Positions 20,173 through 30,364 of a stretch of DNA of 64,000 nucleotides are shown piece by piece. Origin of the DNA: Bdellovibrio sp. (GTDB taxonomy: Bacteria > Bdellovibrionota > Bdellovibrionia > Bdellovibrionales > Bdellovibrionaceae); NCBI GenBank assembly GCA_036676395.1, contig JAKFCY010000002.1, positions 2,560,001-2,624,000 on the forward strand. Reading direction: 5' to 3'. Made by a program: the position numbers and the translations under genes. How positions within the stretch are numbered: the stretch's first letter is position 1; every line of letters begins with the position of its first letter. Below the pieces are notes generated by a model that worked only from the letters and a program-made list of their open reading frames with translations, did not search any database and was not told the origin of the DNA.

Positions 20173-22260
20173 CTATGCTACCCCTACTGATGCTACCGAT
20201 TGAACTTGTGCTTCCGGCGAAACTTCACTGTGCGAAAGCACAATTAATTGCGGAATAAATCTTGATAATAATTTGAATAAATGACGACGAACTGTTGGGC
20301 TCGTAAGTAAGATCGGCTGCCCGGCAATCTCAGGATGAGTTTCAATTTGCTGCGCAATATTTGAAATCATTTTAGAAGCCGACTGCGGATCCATCACTAA
20401 TTGCACACCTTGTTCAGTTTGCAGTAAAGCATTTGAAACTAATTCTTCTAAACGAGGATCTAAAGTCATTACCGACATGGCGCCATCATCAGAAACATAT
20501 TTTGCCGTGATTGAACGCGATAACTGTTTACGAACTGATTCAGTTAATAAATCGATATCTTTCGTGCGCACGCCATCATCAGCCAAAGTTTCAAAAATGG
20601 TGTATAAATCACGTATTGAAACCTGCTCTTTAAGAAGGTTTTGCATAACCTTAACCACACCGCCTAAAGATAAAGTGTCTGGGATTAGATCTTCGACAAC
20701 TTTTGGATGCGTTTTTTTGAAATTATCAATTAATGTAGAAGCCTCTTGGCGACCTAATAATTCATGTGCGTGCGTACGAATCATTTCAGTTAAATGCGTC
20801 GCGATCACAGTTGGAAGATCCACCACTGTGTAACCTGCCATCTCGGCCGTTTCTTTATTATTTTGGCTGACCCATAGTGCATCTAAGCCAAAAGCAGGCT
20901 CTTTTGTCGGAATACCATCAACTTTAGCTGTGATATTACCTGGATCCATCGCCATTAACATGTCTGGCTTAAGGTTTCCGCCGCCAACTTTATTACCTTT
21001 GATCATAAAACGGTATTCACCCGGAGCTAAAGTCAAATTATCTCTGATATGAATACTTGGAACTAGAATTCCCATATCTAAAGCAAATTGTTTTCTGATC
21101 GAAGTGATACGCTCTAATAAATCGCCGGCTTTAGTTGAATCAACAACTTTGATTAGCCCATAACCCACTTCAAGTTCAAGCATATCAACGCCCTGAACTC
21201 CGTCGATCTGTTCTTTTTTAGGCGCAGCCAATTCAAGATCGGCTTTTCTTTTTTCTTCGACAACTTTTTCATTTTTGTACTGAGATATAACCCACGCGAA
21301 AGCGGCCATCGCTAAACCCATGCCAACAAATGGTAATGTCGGTAATCCAGGAATAATCGCCAACACCCCGAACACACCGGCAGAAGCATAGATTGGTTTT
21401 GGATTAGTTAATAACTGACCAGAAACCTCAGCTCCCATATTTTCTTCACTACCACTGCGAGTAACGATAATACCAGCTGCAGTTGAAATAATAAGAGCAG
21501 GAATCTGTGCTAATAAACCATCACCGATTGTTAGCATCGTGTAATTCTGAGCAGCTGTAGCGATATCAAGATCTTTTTGCAGAACTCCGATTAATAATCC
21601 ACCAACAACATTTACGATGGTAATAATAATACCCGCAATAGCATCACCGCGTACGAACTTCGAGGCACCATCCATCGATCCATAAAAGTCTGCTTCACGT
21701 TCAATTTCTTTACGACGTCTTTTAGCTTCGCCTTCATTGATAACACCGGCATTTAATTCTGCATCGATCGCCATTTGTTTACCTGGCATTGCATCTAATG
21801 TGAAACGTGCTGCAACTTCGGCCACGCGCCCAGAACCCTTTGTGATTACAACGAAGTTGATAACAACTAAAATCACAAACACAACTAATCCGATAACGTA
21901 ACTATCACCAACGACCACGCTGGCGAAGGCATGAATCACAGCTCCGGCTGCTTTTTCACCCTGATGACCATCACTAAGAATTAAACGCGTTGTTGCAACG
22001 TTAAGTGCAAGACGAAATAGTGTAGTCATTAGAAGTAATGACGGAAACGAAGAAAAATCTAAAGCTTTTGTTGTGTAAATTGATGTTAATAAAATTAATA
22101 TGCTTAGCGCTAAAGAAAGCGTTAAACCGACATCAAGCATAATTGCTGGTAACGGAATAATCATCACGCCTAATACGGTTAAGATAGCAATCGCTACGAA
22201 CAGGTCAGTGTTCTTAGTGTATTTATCAAATCTTTTAACAAACTGAAAAATATCTTCCAT
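20173..22260 (-). CDS. flhA: Flagellar export gate protein FlhA
   Basis: FHIPEP signature RVAEVAARFTLDAMPGKQMAIDA, FYGSMDGASKFVRGDAIAG. Confidence 0.98.
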   Translation of the reverse strand: MEDIFQFVKRFDKYTKNTDLFVAIAILTVLGVMIIPLPAIMLDVGLTLSLALSILILLTSIYTTKALDFSSFPSLLLMTTLFRLALNVATTRLILSDGHQGEKAAGAVIHAFASVVVGDSYVIGLVVFVILVVINFVVITKGSGRVAEVAARFTLDAMPGKQMAIDAELNAGVINEGEAKRRRKEIEREADFYGSMDGASKFVRGDAIAGIIITIVNVVGGLLIGVLQKDLDIATAAQNYTMLTIGDGLLAQIPALIISTAAGIIVTRSGSEENMGAEVSGQLLTNPKPIYASAGVFGVLAIIPGLPTLPFVGMGLAMAAFAWVISQYKNEKVVEEKRKADLELAAPKKEQIDGVQGVDMLELEVGYGLIKVVDSTKAGDLLERITSIRKQFALDMGILVPSIHIRDNLTLAPGEYRFMIKGNKVGGGNLKPDMLMAMDPGNITAKVDGIPTKEPAFGLDALWVSQNNKETAEMAGYTVVDLPTVIATHLTEMIRTHAHELLGRQEASTLIDNFKKTHPKVVEDLIPDTLSLGGVVKVMQNLLKEQVSIRDLYTIFETLADDGVRTKDIDLLTESVRKQLSRSITAKYVSDDGAMSVMTLDPRLEELVSNALLQTEQGVQLVMDPQSASKMISNIAQQIETHPEIAGQPILLTSPTVRRHLFKLLSRFIPQLIVLSHSEVSPEAQVQSVASVGVA

Positions 22261-22273
22261 CTGCTAATCCTTC

Positions 22274-23407
22274 TTAGGCAAAAGGCCCTGGGTTATTATT
22301 GCGAGTACTTTGTGGTCTTTGCGCTGTATTCTGAGTTCTACGCGCTTTACGTTTACGTTTAAGTCTTAATACATAAGATAAAATTTCAGCGACCGCGACA
22401 AACAGTTCACGCGGAATCACTTGGCCCACTTTCATTGTTTTAAAAATCGTACGAGCCAGAGGTTTATTTTCGATCACCGGAATATTATGCAGGCGGGCTA
22501 ATTCTTTGATTTTTTCAGCCATGAAATCAGCACCCTTACCGATAAGTTGTGGTGCTGGTAATTTATCAGAATAACGTAACGCGACTGCAATGTGCGTCGG
22601 ATTTGTGATGATCACATCGGCTTTCGGGATATTTTGCATCATTTTACGTTGTGAAATTTCACGTTGAATTTTACGGATACGCGCTTTGATCATCGGATCA
22701 CCCTCGCGCGATTTATGTTCTTCTTTGATCTCTTGTTTGCTCATCATCATTTCGCGCTCTAACTGCCAGCGCTGAAAAAAGTAATCCGCAATAGCGATCA
22801 CTAACATGAAGATGCCTGTACCCATTAAAAGTTTAAAAACAACACGCCCTAAATAGGCAAAAATTTCTGGAATAGCATAGCTGGATAAAACAGGAATTTG
22901 GTTTATTTCAGATTTTAATAACAAATACATGGTCCAACCAACCACGATCATCTTCAGCATGGATTTAACTAATTCGCCAAACCCCTTCATTGAAAAAATT
23001 CTGCCAATCGCTGATAACGGATTTAATCGGTTAAGATTCATACTTAATGCATCTTCAACTTGTAAAAATCCTGTTTGAATCAGGTTTGAAGCTACACCAA
23101 TAACCAAGGCCCCAAACATAACCGGGCTGATTAATAAAATTAGTTTTCCGCCGGCAAACCATAACAGATCATTAAATTCGCCAGCTTTGGCAAATTTCAC
23201 CATCGAGTGACCGAAGCTCACATTGAATACTTCAGCAATATTGGTAAAGAAAAAACGAGACATCGCATACAATAGACCAGCAGCCGCTATAAACACTAGC
23301 GCTGTACCCAGTTCTCTGGTCATAGCCACTTGCCCGCGCTTACGGAATTCTTCCCGGCGGCTATCCGTGGCCTGTTCTGTCTTGTCGTCCTGACCTTCGT
23401 CTGCCAA
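22274..23407 (-). CDS. flhB: Flagellar export switch protein FlhB
   Basis: KTEQAT N-terminus, NPTH autocleavage motif, EGDPMIKARIR. Confidence 0.98.
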   Translation of the reverse strand: MADEGQDDKTEQATDSRREEFRKRGQVAMTRELGTALVFIAAAGLLYAMSRFFFTNIAEVFNVSFGHSMVKFAKAGEFNDLLWFAGGKLILLISPVMFGALVIGVASNLIQTGFLQVEDALSMNLNRLNPLSAIGRIFSMKGFGELVKSMLKMIVVGWTMYLLLKSEINQIPVLSSYAIPEIFAYLGRVVFKLLMGTGIFMLVIAIADYFFQRWQLEREMMMSKQEIKEEHKSREGDPMIKARIRKIQREISQRKMMQNIPKADVIITNPTHIAVALRYSDKLPAPQLIGKGADFMAEKIKELARLHNIPVIENKPLARTIFKTMKVGQVIPRELFVAVAEILSYVLRLKRKRKARRTQNTAQRPQSTRNNNPGPFA

Positions 23408-23446
23408 ACTTAATTCCTTCCTAGAATCAGTTCGATTTAGTTTTCA

Positions 23447-24232
23447 CTAAATCATTTTTATAAACTTAAATAACTCTGCGGTTGAAACTTCTAACATCCC
23501 GCCCAGTTGTAAAACCATCAACGGTAAACTAATAAATAAAATCGCAAAACCTAATAAAATGGTTACCGGTGCTGCCGTCATTAACACGTTAATTTGCGGA
23601 ACCGCACGGCTTAGAATACCCACGCCCACTTGCACCACTAACATTGAAATCATCACCGGAGCTGCGATTTTGATTCCGAAAATAAAAAATTCCTGAGTGT
23701 ACTTAGCCACTTCATAAAAACCAAGGGCCTTAATACTTACAGTTGATAACTGCACCACTTCAAAACTGCTTGTTAAACCCTGAATCATGTAATGATGACC
23801 GTTTAAACCCATGTACAATAACGTAGCCAGAGCCACAAAAAATTGCTCCATCACATTACCCATCGAACCCATCATCGGATTAAAAATTTGCGCTTGGCCT
23901 AAACCCATCGAAACTGAAATTAATTCGCCGGCCATAGCAATGGCAAAAAAGAAAATGCGCGTCGTAAAGCCAATCGATACACCGATAAAAACTTCTTTTA
24001 AAGCTAAGGTTATCAAAGTGTCTTCTAAACTATTAAGCTCTACTAAAACGGCGTTGTTCGCTACCGTATTAAAAACTGTCATTGTTAAAACTAAAGATAA
24101 CAATATTTTTAACGGAGTTGAAACCGACTGAGAGTTCAAAATCGCAGCGGTAAAGACAAAGCCCGACATTCGGAGCAAAATTAGTCCGAAGGCGATCAAT
24201 TGAACTTCGTTCAGCTGCGAAACTGAAAACAT
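23447..24232 (-). CDS. fliR: Flagellar export protein FliR
   Basis: Hydrophobic; RAVPQINV motif; synteny. Confidence 0.95.
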   Translation of the reverse strand: MFSVSQLNEVQLIAFGLILLRMSGFVFTAAILNSQSVSTPLKILLSLVLTMTVFNTVANNAVLVELNSLEDTLITLALKEVFIGVSIGFTTRIFFFAIAMAGELISVSMGLGQAQIFNPMMGSMGNVMEQFFVALATLLYMGLNGHHYMIQGLTSSFEVVQLSTVSIKALGFYEVAKYTQEFFIFGIKIAAPVMISMLVVQVGVGILSRAVPQINVLMTAAPVTILLGFAILFISLPLMVLQLGGMLEVSTAELFKFIKMI

Positions 24233-24507
24233 TATGGCTCCCTCACAATTGTGGCCATATTCTCGAATAAATTAACGGTGTAGTTTTTCATTACGTCCAT
24301 CATCCAAGGGCCAGCTAAAATAAGCACTATAGCAATGACAATCATCTTAGGAACAAAGGTCAGCGTATTTTCATTAATCTGAGTTAAAGCCTGAAAAATA
24401 CTGATAACTAGACCAATGACGAGCGTACTTAAAAGCAATGGTGCTGATAACATTGCCGTTGTCTTAAGAGCATCTTGTCCTAATTGTAAAATTATATCTT
24501 CACCCAT
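24232..24507 (-). CDS. fliQ: Flagellar export protein FliQ
   Basis: Start refined to ATG 24507 (overlaps fliP stop); FQALTQINENTLTFVPK. Confidence 0.95.
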   Translation of the reverse strand: MGEDIILQLGQDALKTTAMLSAPLLLSTLVIGLVISIFQALTQINENTLTFVPKMIVIAIVLILAGPWMMDVMKNYTVNLFENMATIVREP

Positions 24508-25253
24508 TAACCGAAGCTCCTTACCATTGAACCAATTAATAAGGTCCAACCGTCAACCATTACAAATAACATGATCTTAAACGGAAGCGCGATCACCGCT
24601 GGTGGCACCATCATCATACCCATCGACATCAGCACACTCGCCGCTAAAATATCGATAATTAAGAATGGTAAGAAAATAATAAAACCGATCATAAATGCCG
24701 TTTTTAATTCTGAAATAATAAAAGCAGGAATCAAAACTAACGTCGGAACATCAGCACGTGTTTTTGGCTGCACCGTTTTAGATAGTTTTACGAATAACGC
24801 TAAATCAGCATCACGCGTTTGTGAAAACATAAAACGACGTAATGGCGTCACGGCATTATCAAAAGCGGCTTCTTGGGTGATCGTACCAGCCATATATGGC
24901 TGCAACGCTTTTTGATTAATCTCAGTGATCGCCGGATTCATCACAAAAAATGTGATAAATAAGCTTAAGCCAACTAAAAGCTGATTCGGCGGCAACTGTT
25001 GCACACCCATCGCTTGGCGTAAAAAAGACAAAACGATTAAAATACGGGTAAAACCCGTCATCATAATTAAAATCGCCGGTGCTAAAGTTAAAACTGTCAT
25101 CATCAAAACTAATTTGATGGCGTTTACAACTTCACCCGGATTTTTTGTATTATTAAATCCTAAGCTCACCGTCGGCAAAGTCACCTGAGCATAAGCCCAA
25201 GTGCCTACCAGCAATGAAAGAAAAAATGCAACGATCGATAATCGTTTAATCAT
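24507..25253 (-). CDS. fliP: Flagellar export protein FliP
   Basis: FTRILIVLSFLRQAMG..PPNQ, ISELKTAF, LPFKIMLFVMVDGW. Confidence 0.97.
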   Translation of the reverse strand: MIKRLSIVAFFLSLLVGTWAYAQVTLPTVSLGFNNTKNPGEVVNAIKLVLMMTVLTLAPAILIMMTGFTRILIVLSFLRQAMGVQQLPPNQLLVGLSLFITFFVMNPAITEINQKALQPYMAGTITQEAAFDNAVTPLRRFMFSQTRDADLALFVKLSKTVQPKTRADVPTLVLIPAFIISELKTAFMIGFIIFLPFLIIDILAASVLMSMGMMMVPPAVIALPFKIMLFVMVDGWTLLIGSMVRSFG

Positions 25254-25900
25254 TGAAAATTCCTCATGGATTTAAGTTTTTGCGAAACATTAGATTTAAT
25301 ACCGGCAAAAGAAAAATCATCTTCAACTTCAGAAGCAAGTTCAGTGATTTCTTTACTTTGCACAACTTGTTCACCGCCACCTAAAGCCATTGTAGCCGCA
25401 AAACTTTGCGAAGTGACTTCTGCAGGAACTTCATCATCAATTAATGATAATGATTTAATCATCGAAATATTTTGATCAGTAACACCAATCAGGATTGATT
25501 CACCAGCCACACGGATAATAGCTAATGATTTTTTCGCTCCTAAATGATGTTGCGATAAAACTTTGATCTGCGTATTTGATTTGTGAATTTTATTTGAGAA
25601 AGCGTATTTTCTGGCTAAAAATAAACCAGCGCCACCCATACCAACTAAAACAAATAACGTTAAAAATAATTTACCAGATTGCGAAGTTTGTTGTTGTGAA
25701 GTTGAAGCTTTCTCCAGTTTAAGCGGAATTTCACTTTCTGGAGTAGCTTTAGTTACTTCAGCAGACAACGGCTGAGCCTCAGTAGCAGTAGTTGCCACTT
25801 GCGGCGCAGCCGTAGCACTGAATTGTTCAGCTGCCTGTGCAAGACTAGCAAAAGCCACTGTTAAAACTACAAATGCCGGTAAAATTATTTTTTGCATCAT
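25250..25900 (-). CDS. fliO: Flagellar protein FliO/FliZ
   Basis: TM helix then IKVLSQHHLGAKKSLAIIRVAGESILIGVTDQNIS; lies between fliN and fliP. Confidence 0.88.
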   Translation of the reverse strand: MMQKIILPAFVVLTVAFASLAQAAEQFSATAAPQVATTATEAQPLSAEVTKATPESEIPLKLEKASTSQQQTSQSGKLFLTLFVLVGMGGAGLFLARKYAFSNKIHKSNTQIKVLSQHHLGAKKSLAIIRVAGESILIGVTDQNISMIKSLSLIDDEVPAEVTSQSFAATMALGGGEQVVQSKEITELASEVEDDFSFAGIKSNVSQKLKSMRNFQ

Positions 25901-26277
25901 TTTAATTGCTCGATTCTTTCTGTCGGGCTGATGATGTCCGTTAAACGAACCCCGAATTTTTCATTCACCACTACGGCTTCACCGCGGGCAATAAGTTTCT
26001 CATTAACTAAAACTTCCATTGGTTCACCAGCAAGTTTCATTAACTCGATCACTGAACCTTGGGTTAAGTTAAGCAGATCACTGACCGGCATTTTTGTGCG
26101 GCCAAGTTCTACTGTTACTTTTAATGGAATATCTAAAATTAAATTTAGATTTCTGTCTTTTGTCGCATTACCAGCTGATGAGCTGTTACCGCCACCACCA
26201 CCGCTGCTACTGCTTCCGCCGCCCAGCTCTTGTTCTTCCAGCTGTTCAAGCACTTTATCCATTGGATCGTTACTCAT
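25897..26277 (-). CDS. fliN: Flagellar motor switch protein FliN
   Basis: SpoA domain LDIPLKVTVELGRT...GEAVVVNEKFGVR. Confidence 0.97.
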   Translation of the reverse strand: MSNDPMDKVLEQLEEQELGGGSSSSGGGGGNSSSAGNATKDRNLNLILDIPLKVTVELGRTKMPVSDLLNLTQGSVIELMKLAGEPMEVLVNEKLIARGEAVVVNEKFGVRLTDIISPTERIEQLK

Positions 26278-26308
26278 GTTGTTTCCTCCGTGTTACTAAC
26301 TATTTAAA

Positions 26309-27340
26309 TTACTTTTCAATTTGTCTTGTTACTTGCACTGCCACTGTACCGTGGTGAATCCCGTAATAGCCTTTGAACTTTTTCACGTCCTCGACTTGGA
26401 TATCTAATTCACCCGATGAATCCTGAGTTAATGGGATTACATCCCCAACCTTAAGGCCCATCATATCTTTTAATTGGATTTGTGTTTCACCAAGATTTAC
26501 TTTGATGTCGACAACCGTATCTAATAATTGTTCTTTAATAATCGCAGTCCAAAGTTTTTTATCAGTTTGATCTGACTCGACCTGGAAACCCGTTGATAAC
26601 TTTTGTTTAATAGGCTCGATCGTAGCGTAAGGGATAACGATTGAAACTGTGCCGTTGATGTTTTCTAATTCGACATCAAAAGTAGAAGCAATAACCACAT
26701 CTGTCGGAGGCACGATACCCACGAACTGTGGATTGATCTCTGTACGTTGAAACGAACAACCGATCACTTCGATTGTCGACCAGGCCTGCTCTAAATCACC
26801 GATCGCAAGTTCTACAACTTTTTTAACGATCTGTAATTCAATCGGCGTAAACTCTTTACCGTCTAACTTCGAGTACGGACGGTCAGATCCACCGAAAAAA
26901 GAATCGACCAGCGCGTACGCCAGTTTTGCTTCGATCACAAATAATGCAGAGCCGCGAAGATTATTAAAACGTAAAACGCTCATACACGTTGGGATCGGGA
27001 GGGTGTTAATGAACTCGCCGAATTTAATAAACTCAGTTGATGTTAAAGTAATAGAAGCAATTTTTCTTAAAGCTGAAGATAATGACACACGAAACGCACG
27101 CATGAATTTTTCGTAGATAACTTCTAATTGCGGAAGTCGACCACGAATAATTCTATCCTGTGATGTTAAATCATAGGCGATAACATTTTTATCTTTAGCA
27201 ACACTGCCGCCACCGCCGCCGCCAGATGATCCACCAGAACCACCGCCGCCTGAAGACGCCGAGTCACCGCCACCAAGATCGCCGTCACTAACTGCGGCTA
27301 ATAGGGCATCAACTTCACTTTGCGATAGAATTTGATTCAT
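26309..27340 (-). CDS. fliM: Flagellar motor switch protein FliM
   Basis: CheY-binding LSQSEVDALL; EFTPIE; EINPQF. Confidence 0.97.
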   Translation of the reverse strand: MNQILSQSEVDALLAAVSDGDLGGGDSASSGGGGSGGSSGGGGGGSVAKDKNVIAYDLTSQDRIIRGRLPQLEVIYEKFMRAFRVSLSSALRKIASITLTSTEFIKFGEFINTLPIPTCMSVLRFNNLRGSALFVIEAKLAYALVDSFFGGSDRPYSKLDGKEFTPIELQIVKKVVELAIGDLEQAWSTIEVIGCSFQRTEINPQFVGIVPPTDVVIASTFDVELENINGTVSIVIPYATIEPIKQKLSTGFQVESDQTDKKLWTAIIKEQLLDTVVDIKVNLGETQIQLKDMMGLKVGDVIPLTQDSSGELDIQVEDVKKFKGYYGIHHGTVAVQVTRQIEK

Positions 27341-27361
27341 ACCGTTTCTCTTTTCCTACTA

Positions 27362-27919
27362 TTAGTTGTAGATAATTTCTGTGAAGAACACGTTTGTGAT
27401 CTTACCTTTACTTAAAAAGGTATTAATATTGTCTTTAATTTCATTTCTTAAAAAGTCTTTACCATCTTTAGTAGAAACCTCTTCATACGACTTGCTTGAT
27501 AAAATAATAATAATGAAATCGCGGATTTGCGCTTTGCGGGTGTCAATTTCAGCGATGATATTGCCATCACCTTCTTTATTACCTTTAACTTCTAATTCCA
27601 TATTCACTTTTAAAACTTTACGGCCTTTAGATCCGGCTAAATTCACAACGAAAGTTTCTAAAGGAATCACTTTTCCGATCTCAACTTCTTTAATTGCGTC
27701 TTCTTTAAGTTTAGTTTTTTCTTCGCCTGCAACGATGTGATCAAGCGATGGTTTTTCAGATTCAATCTTACGGCCTTTCCAAACCATAAAACCTACCCCT
27801 AAAACTACGAGCATATTCACAACAACCAGGCCAATTAAGACCATAGGCTTTTGTCCTGCTTTTTTGGCTGCGTCGCCGGCTTGTGCTGCATCTGTCTTTT
27901 GTGCTTTATCTTCAGCCAC
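27362..27919 (-). CDS. fliL: Flagellar basal body protein FliL
   Basis: N-terminal TM, TFVVNL, IRDFII, GKDFLRNEI, VFFTE; GTG start with SD GGAGG. Confidence 0.95.
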   Translation of the reverse strand: MAEDKAQKTDAAQAGDAAKKAGQKPMVLIGLVVVNMLVVLGVGFMVWKGRKIESEKPSLDHIVAGEEKTKLKEDAIKEVEIGKVIPLETFVVNLAGSKGRKVLKVNMELEVKGNKEGDGNIIAEIDTRKAQIRDFIIIILSSKSYEEVSTKDGKDFLRNEIKDNINTFLSKGKITNVFFTEIIYN

Positions 27920-27961
27920 TGTTTTCCTCCATGAAAACTTCTTTTACCAATTCATAAATAA

Positions 27962-27978
27962 AGCAACGCCAATGCCAA
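27962..27978 (-). promoter_or_regulatory. sigma54 (-24/-12) promoter of the fliL operon
   Basis: Minus strand TTGGCATTGGCGTTGCT is a near-consensus TGGCAC-N5-TTGC with exact GG-N10-GC spacing, about 40 nt upstream of fliL. Confidence 0.85.
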
Positions 27979-28264
27979 ATAGACCTTTGTCGAATGACAG
28001 AAAGACACCACGGATGTTGGTCGAGTAAGAATATCCCACCGTCAAAATTATAACATTTGAGCGTTTAAATATAGGCAGCAGAACTTTAGTCTCGGCAAAA
28101 AAGATCCAAATATATGACAACGTCCAGTTGGGATTTTGACGAAAAAATGACAGGACTAAGGTGCTGACCATCGCACTGCTACTGGCTTTAGGTCTTAAGC
28201 CGAAAGTTGACCGTTGGTATAGAGCAGCATGTTTAGAAGTGATTACTTTGTTAACTTCAAGTCT

Positions 28265-28669
28265 ATGAAATTTATTATTTTTGTAATCATGATTTTGGGT
28301 TTTTCTCCTACGTTTGCACAATCAGAAGTAGACTGCAGTGGAGATGCCGGATTTAAAAACAAGCAAGAGCTGACAAAATTTACTGAAAGTTTAAAATCTG
28401 CCAATTCGGTAGAAACTTTATCTTCGCTGATTTCGTACCCATTAAGAATAAATGAAGGATCAAAAAAACATTTTTTAATCAAAAATGAGAGTGAATTAAA
28501 GGTTCACTTTAAAAAAGTATTTCCCGAGGAAACTTTAAAAGTAATTCATGAACAAGATCCAAAAATCACATTTTGCAATTACCAAGGTTTAACAATTGGT
28601 GGGGTTATTTGGATTAACAAAAAGAACGGCAAGCCTGGTATTTACGTCGTAAATATGCGCGCGAAGTAG
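28265..28669 (+). CDS. Small secreted hypothetical protein
   Basis: ATG 28265 MKFIIFVIMILGFSPTFA signal peptide; ISYPLRIN and GxIW motifs; AT-rich. Confidence 0.65.
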   Translation: MKFIIFVIMILGFSPTFAQSEVDCSGDAGFKNKQELTKFTESLKSANSVETLSSLISYPLRINEGSKKHFLIKNESELKVHFKKVFPEETLKVIHEQDPKITFCNYQGLTIGGVIWINKKNGKPGIYVVNMRAK

Positions 28670-28672
28670 TTC

Positions 28673-29521
28673 CTACTTACGAATTATACCCTGAATTTCG
28701 CTTTGAAATTTTCCAACGATAGTCGCATTACCTGCAATTGAAGACTTCTTAAACGGATCGTAAGTTTCACCTTCAAAAGTAACTACAACTCCGCCCGCTT
28801 CACGCACTAATAATAACCCCGCAGCAGAATCCCACGGTTTCAAATTCTTCTCCCAATAAAGATCAAAAACACCAGCAGCAATTAATGCTAAATCATAGGC
28901 GGCAGCCCCAGGGCGACGAATCGCCTGCGCTTTCCAAACAACATCTTCAAAAATACGAAGTTGCTCAGATAAAACTTCACGCTTTTCGTTCACAAAACCC
29001 GTCGACATAAACGCTTGTTCGAATTCAACAGTTTTAGAAACAGAAAGTTTTTCGCGAGTGCCATCTGCCTGAATGCACCAAGCGCCTTGGCCCCGAATCG
29101 AAGTAAAAGTTTGATTCAACATCGGCATATCGACAATACCGATTTCTATTTCACCGTTCACTTCTAGGGCTAATGAAATACAAAAGATCGGAAACTTGTG
29201 CACAAAATTTGTGGTGCCATCCAGAGGGTCTAAAATCCAACGTGGGCGTACCGATGCGCTGAACTGATCATTGCCTTCAAGGTAGGCTGATTCTTCGCCT
29301 AAAAAATCAAAATCGGGGTAAGCTTTTGCCAGCATGCCTTTGATCAAAGCTTCGCTTTCGCGGTCGGCCTCACTAACTAGACCAGCAGATTTATCTTTTT
29401 CTTCGACATTGTTTATTTTACCGAAATATCCCAATAACAAGGCTCTGCCGGCCATTACGGCCTTCATAGCTTCGTTATAAATTTCATTTGATTGTACCGA
29501 GTCAAAACTAGACTTTCCCAT
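28673..29521 (-). CDS. suhB: Inositol monophosphatase family protein SuhB
   Basis: FLGEE, WILDPLDGTTNFVH, RRPGAAAYDL, LKPWDSAAG. Confidence 0.92.
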   Translation of the reverse strand: MGKSSFDSVQSNEIYNEAMKAVMAGRALLLGYFGKINNVEEKDKSAGLVSEADRESEALIKGMLAKAYPDFDFLGEESAYLEGNDQFSASVRPRWILDPLDGTTNFVHKFPIFCISLALEVNGEIEIGIVDMPMLNQTFTSIRGQGAWCIQADGTREKLSVSKTVEFEQAFMSTGFVNEKREVLSEQLRIFEDVVWKAQAIRRPGAAAYDLALIAAGVFDLYWEKNLKPWDSAAGLLLVREAGGVVVTFEGETYDPFKKSSIAGNATIVGKFQSEIQGIIRK

Positions 29522-29577
29522 AGATTCCGCCTGTTGATAAGATGTAAGCTATACCCAAATTAGGTAGGAAGCAATTT

Positions 29578-30300
29578 ATGACAATGAATACAAATCGCAT
29601 TATTGAGTTAGCCTTAGTTTTCTTTATCTCGTTATTTTCGTTCTCGATCGGAACCTTCGTAGGTAAGAAGTATTCTGATAACCAGCACCGTCTTGCGTTA
29701 CTTGAGCCGAACAAAAAAACAGAAGAGCGCCAAGCGGTTGAAGCCGTAGCTCATTCTGAAGCGGCCACAGCAACAACAGAAAGTGAAATCACTGACGCCG
29801 ACGTGGCTAAAATGGCCGAAGAGTTTTCAACTGAAGGCGAAGAAGTGCACGGCGGCGAAGCAACTCAAGCTGCGACTCAAGGCATGCACAACGACGCACA
29901 CGCTGCAGCAACTACGGCTAACGCAAATCAAGTAACAACTAAAACTGTTACAACAGTTAAACCAGCCGTTAAAGATGTCAAAGAAGTGACACTGCAAGAA
30001 GCTGATGGCGAACTTCCTGAACGTGAAGTAGCTAGCATTGCTCCTAAAGCAAAAACAATGCAAAACTACACCGTGCAAGTGGGTTCATACCCTTCTGAAA
30101 TTGAAGCTAACAAAATGGCTGAATCATTATTAGCACGTGGTTATAAAGCCAATGCAGTTGCAGCTAACGTAAATGGTAAAACAATGTACCGCGTTCAAGT
30201 GGGAATGTTTAATAACTTTAACGAAGCGCAAGAATACAAAAAAGAGTTAGTCGAAAAAAATCGTTTAACTTCTGCTTTCGTGCAAAAAGTTTCTAAATAA
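29578..30300 (+). CDS. SPOR-domain membrane protein (FtsN/DedD-like)
   Basis: N-terminal TM, low-complexity linker, C-terminal YTVQVGSY...YRVQVG. Confidence 0.9.
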   Translation: MTMNTNRIIELALVFFISLFSFSIGTFVGKKYSDNQHRLALLEPNKKTEERQAVEAVAHSEAATATTESEITDADVAKMAEEFSTEGEEVHGGEATQAATQGMHNDAHAAATTANANQVTTKTVTTVKPAVKDVKEVTLQEADGELPEREVASIAPKAKTMQNYTVQVGSYPSEIEANKMAESLLARGYKANAVAANVNGKTMYRVQVGMFNNFNEAQEYKKELVEKNRLTSAFVQKVSK

Positions 30301-30323
30301 TATTTAAAGAAATTTAAATCTTG

Positions 30324-30354
30324 AAAAAGGCGGCTTGAACAGTCGCCTTTTTTT
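30324..30354. terminator. Bidirectional intrinsic terminator
   Basis: AAAAAGGCGGCT-TGAAC-AGTCGCCTTTTTTT between convergent genes. Confidence 0.85.
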
Positions 30355-30364
30355 GTTTTCTAAA

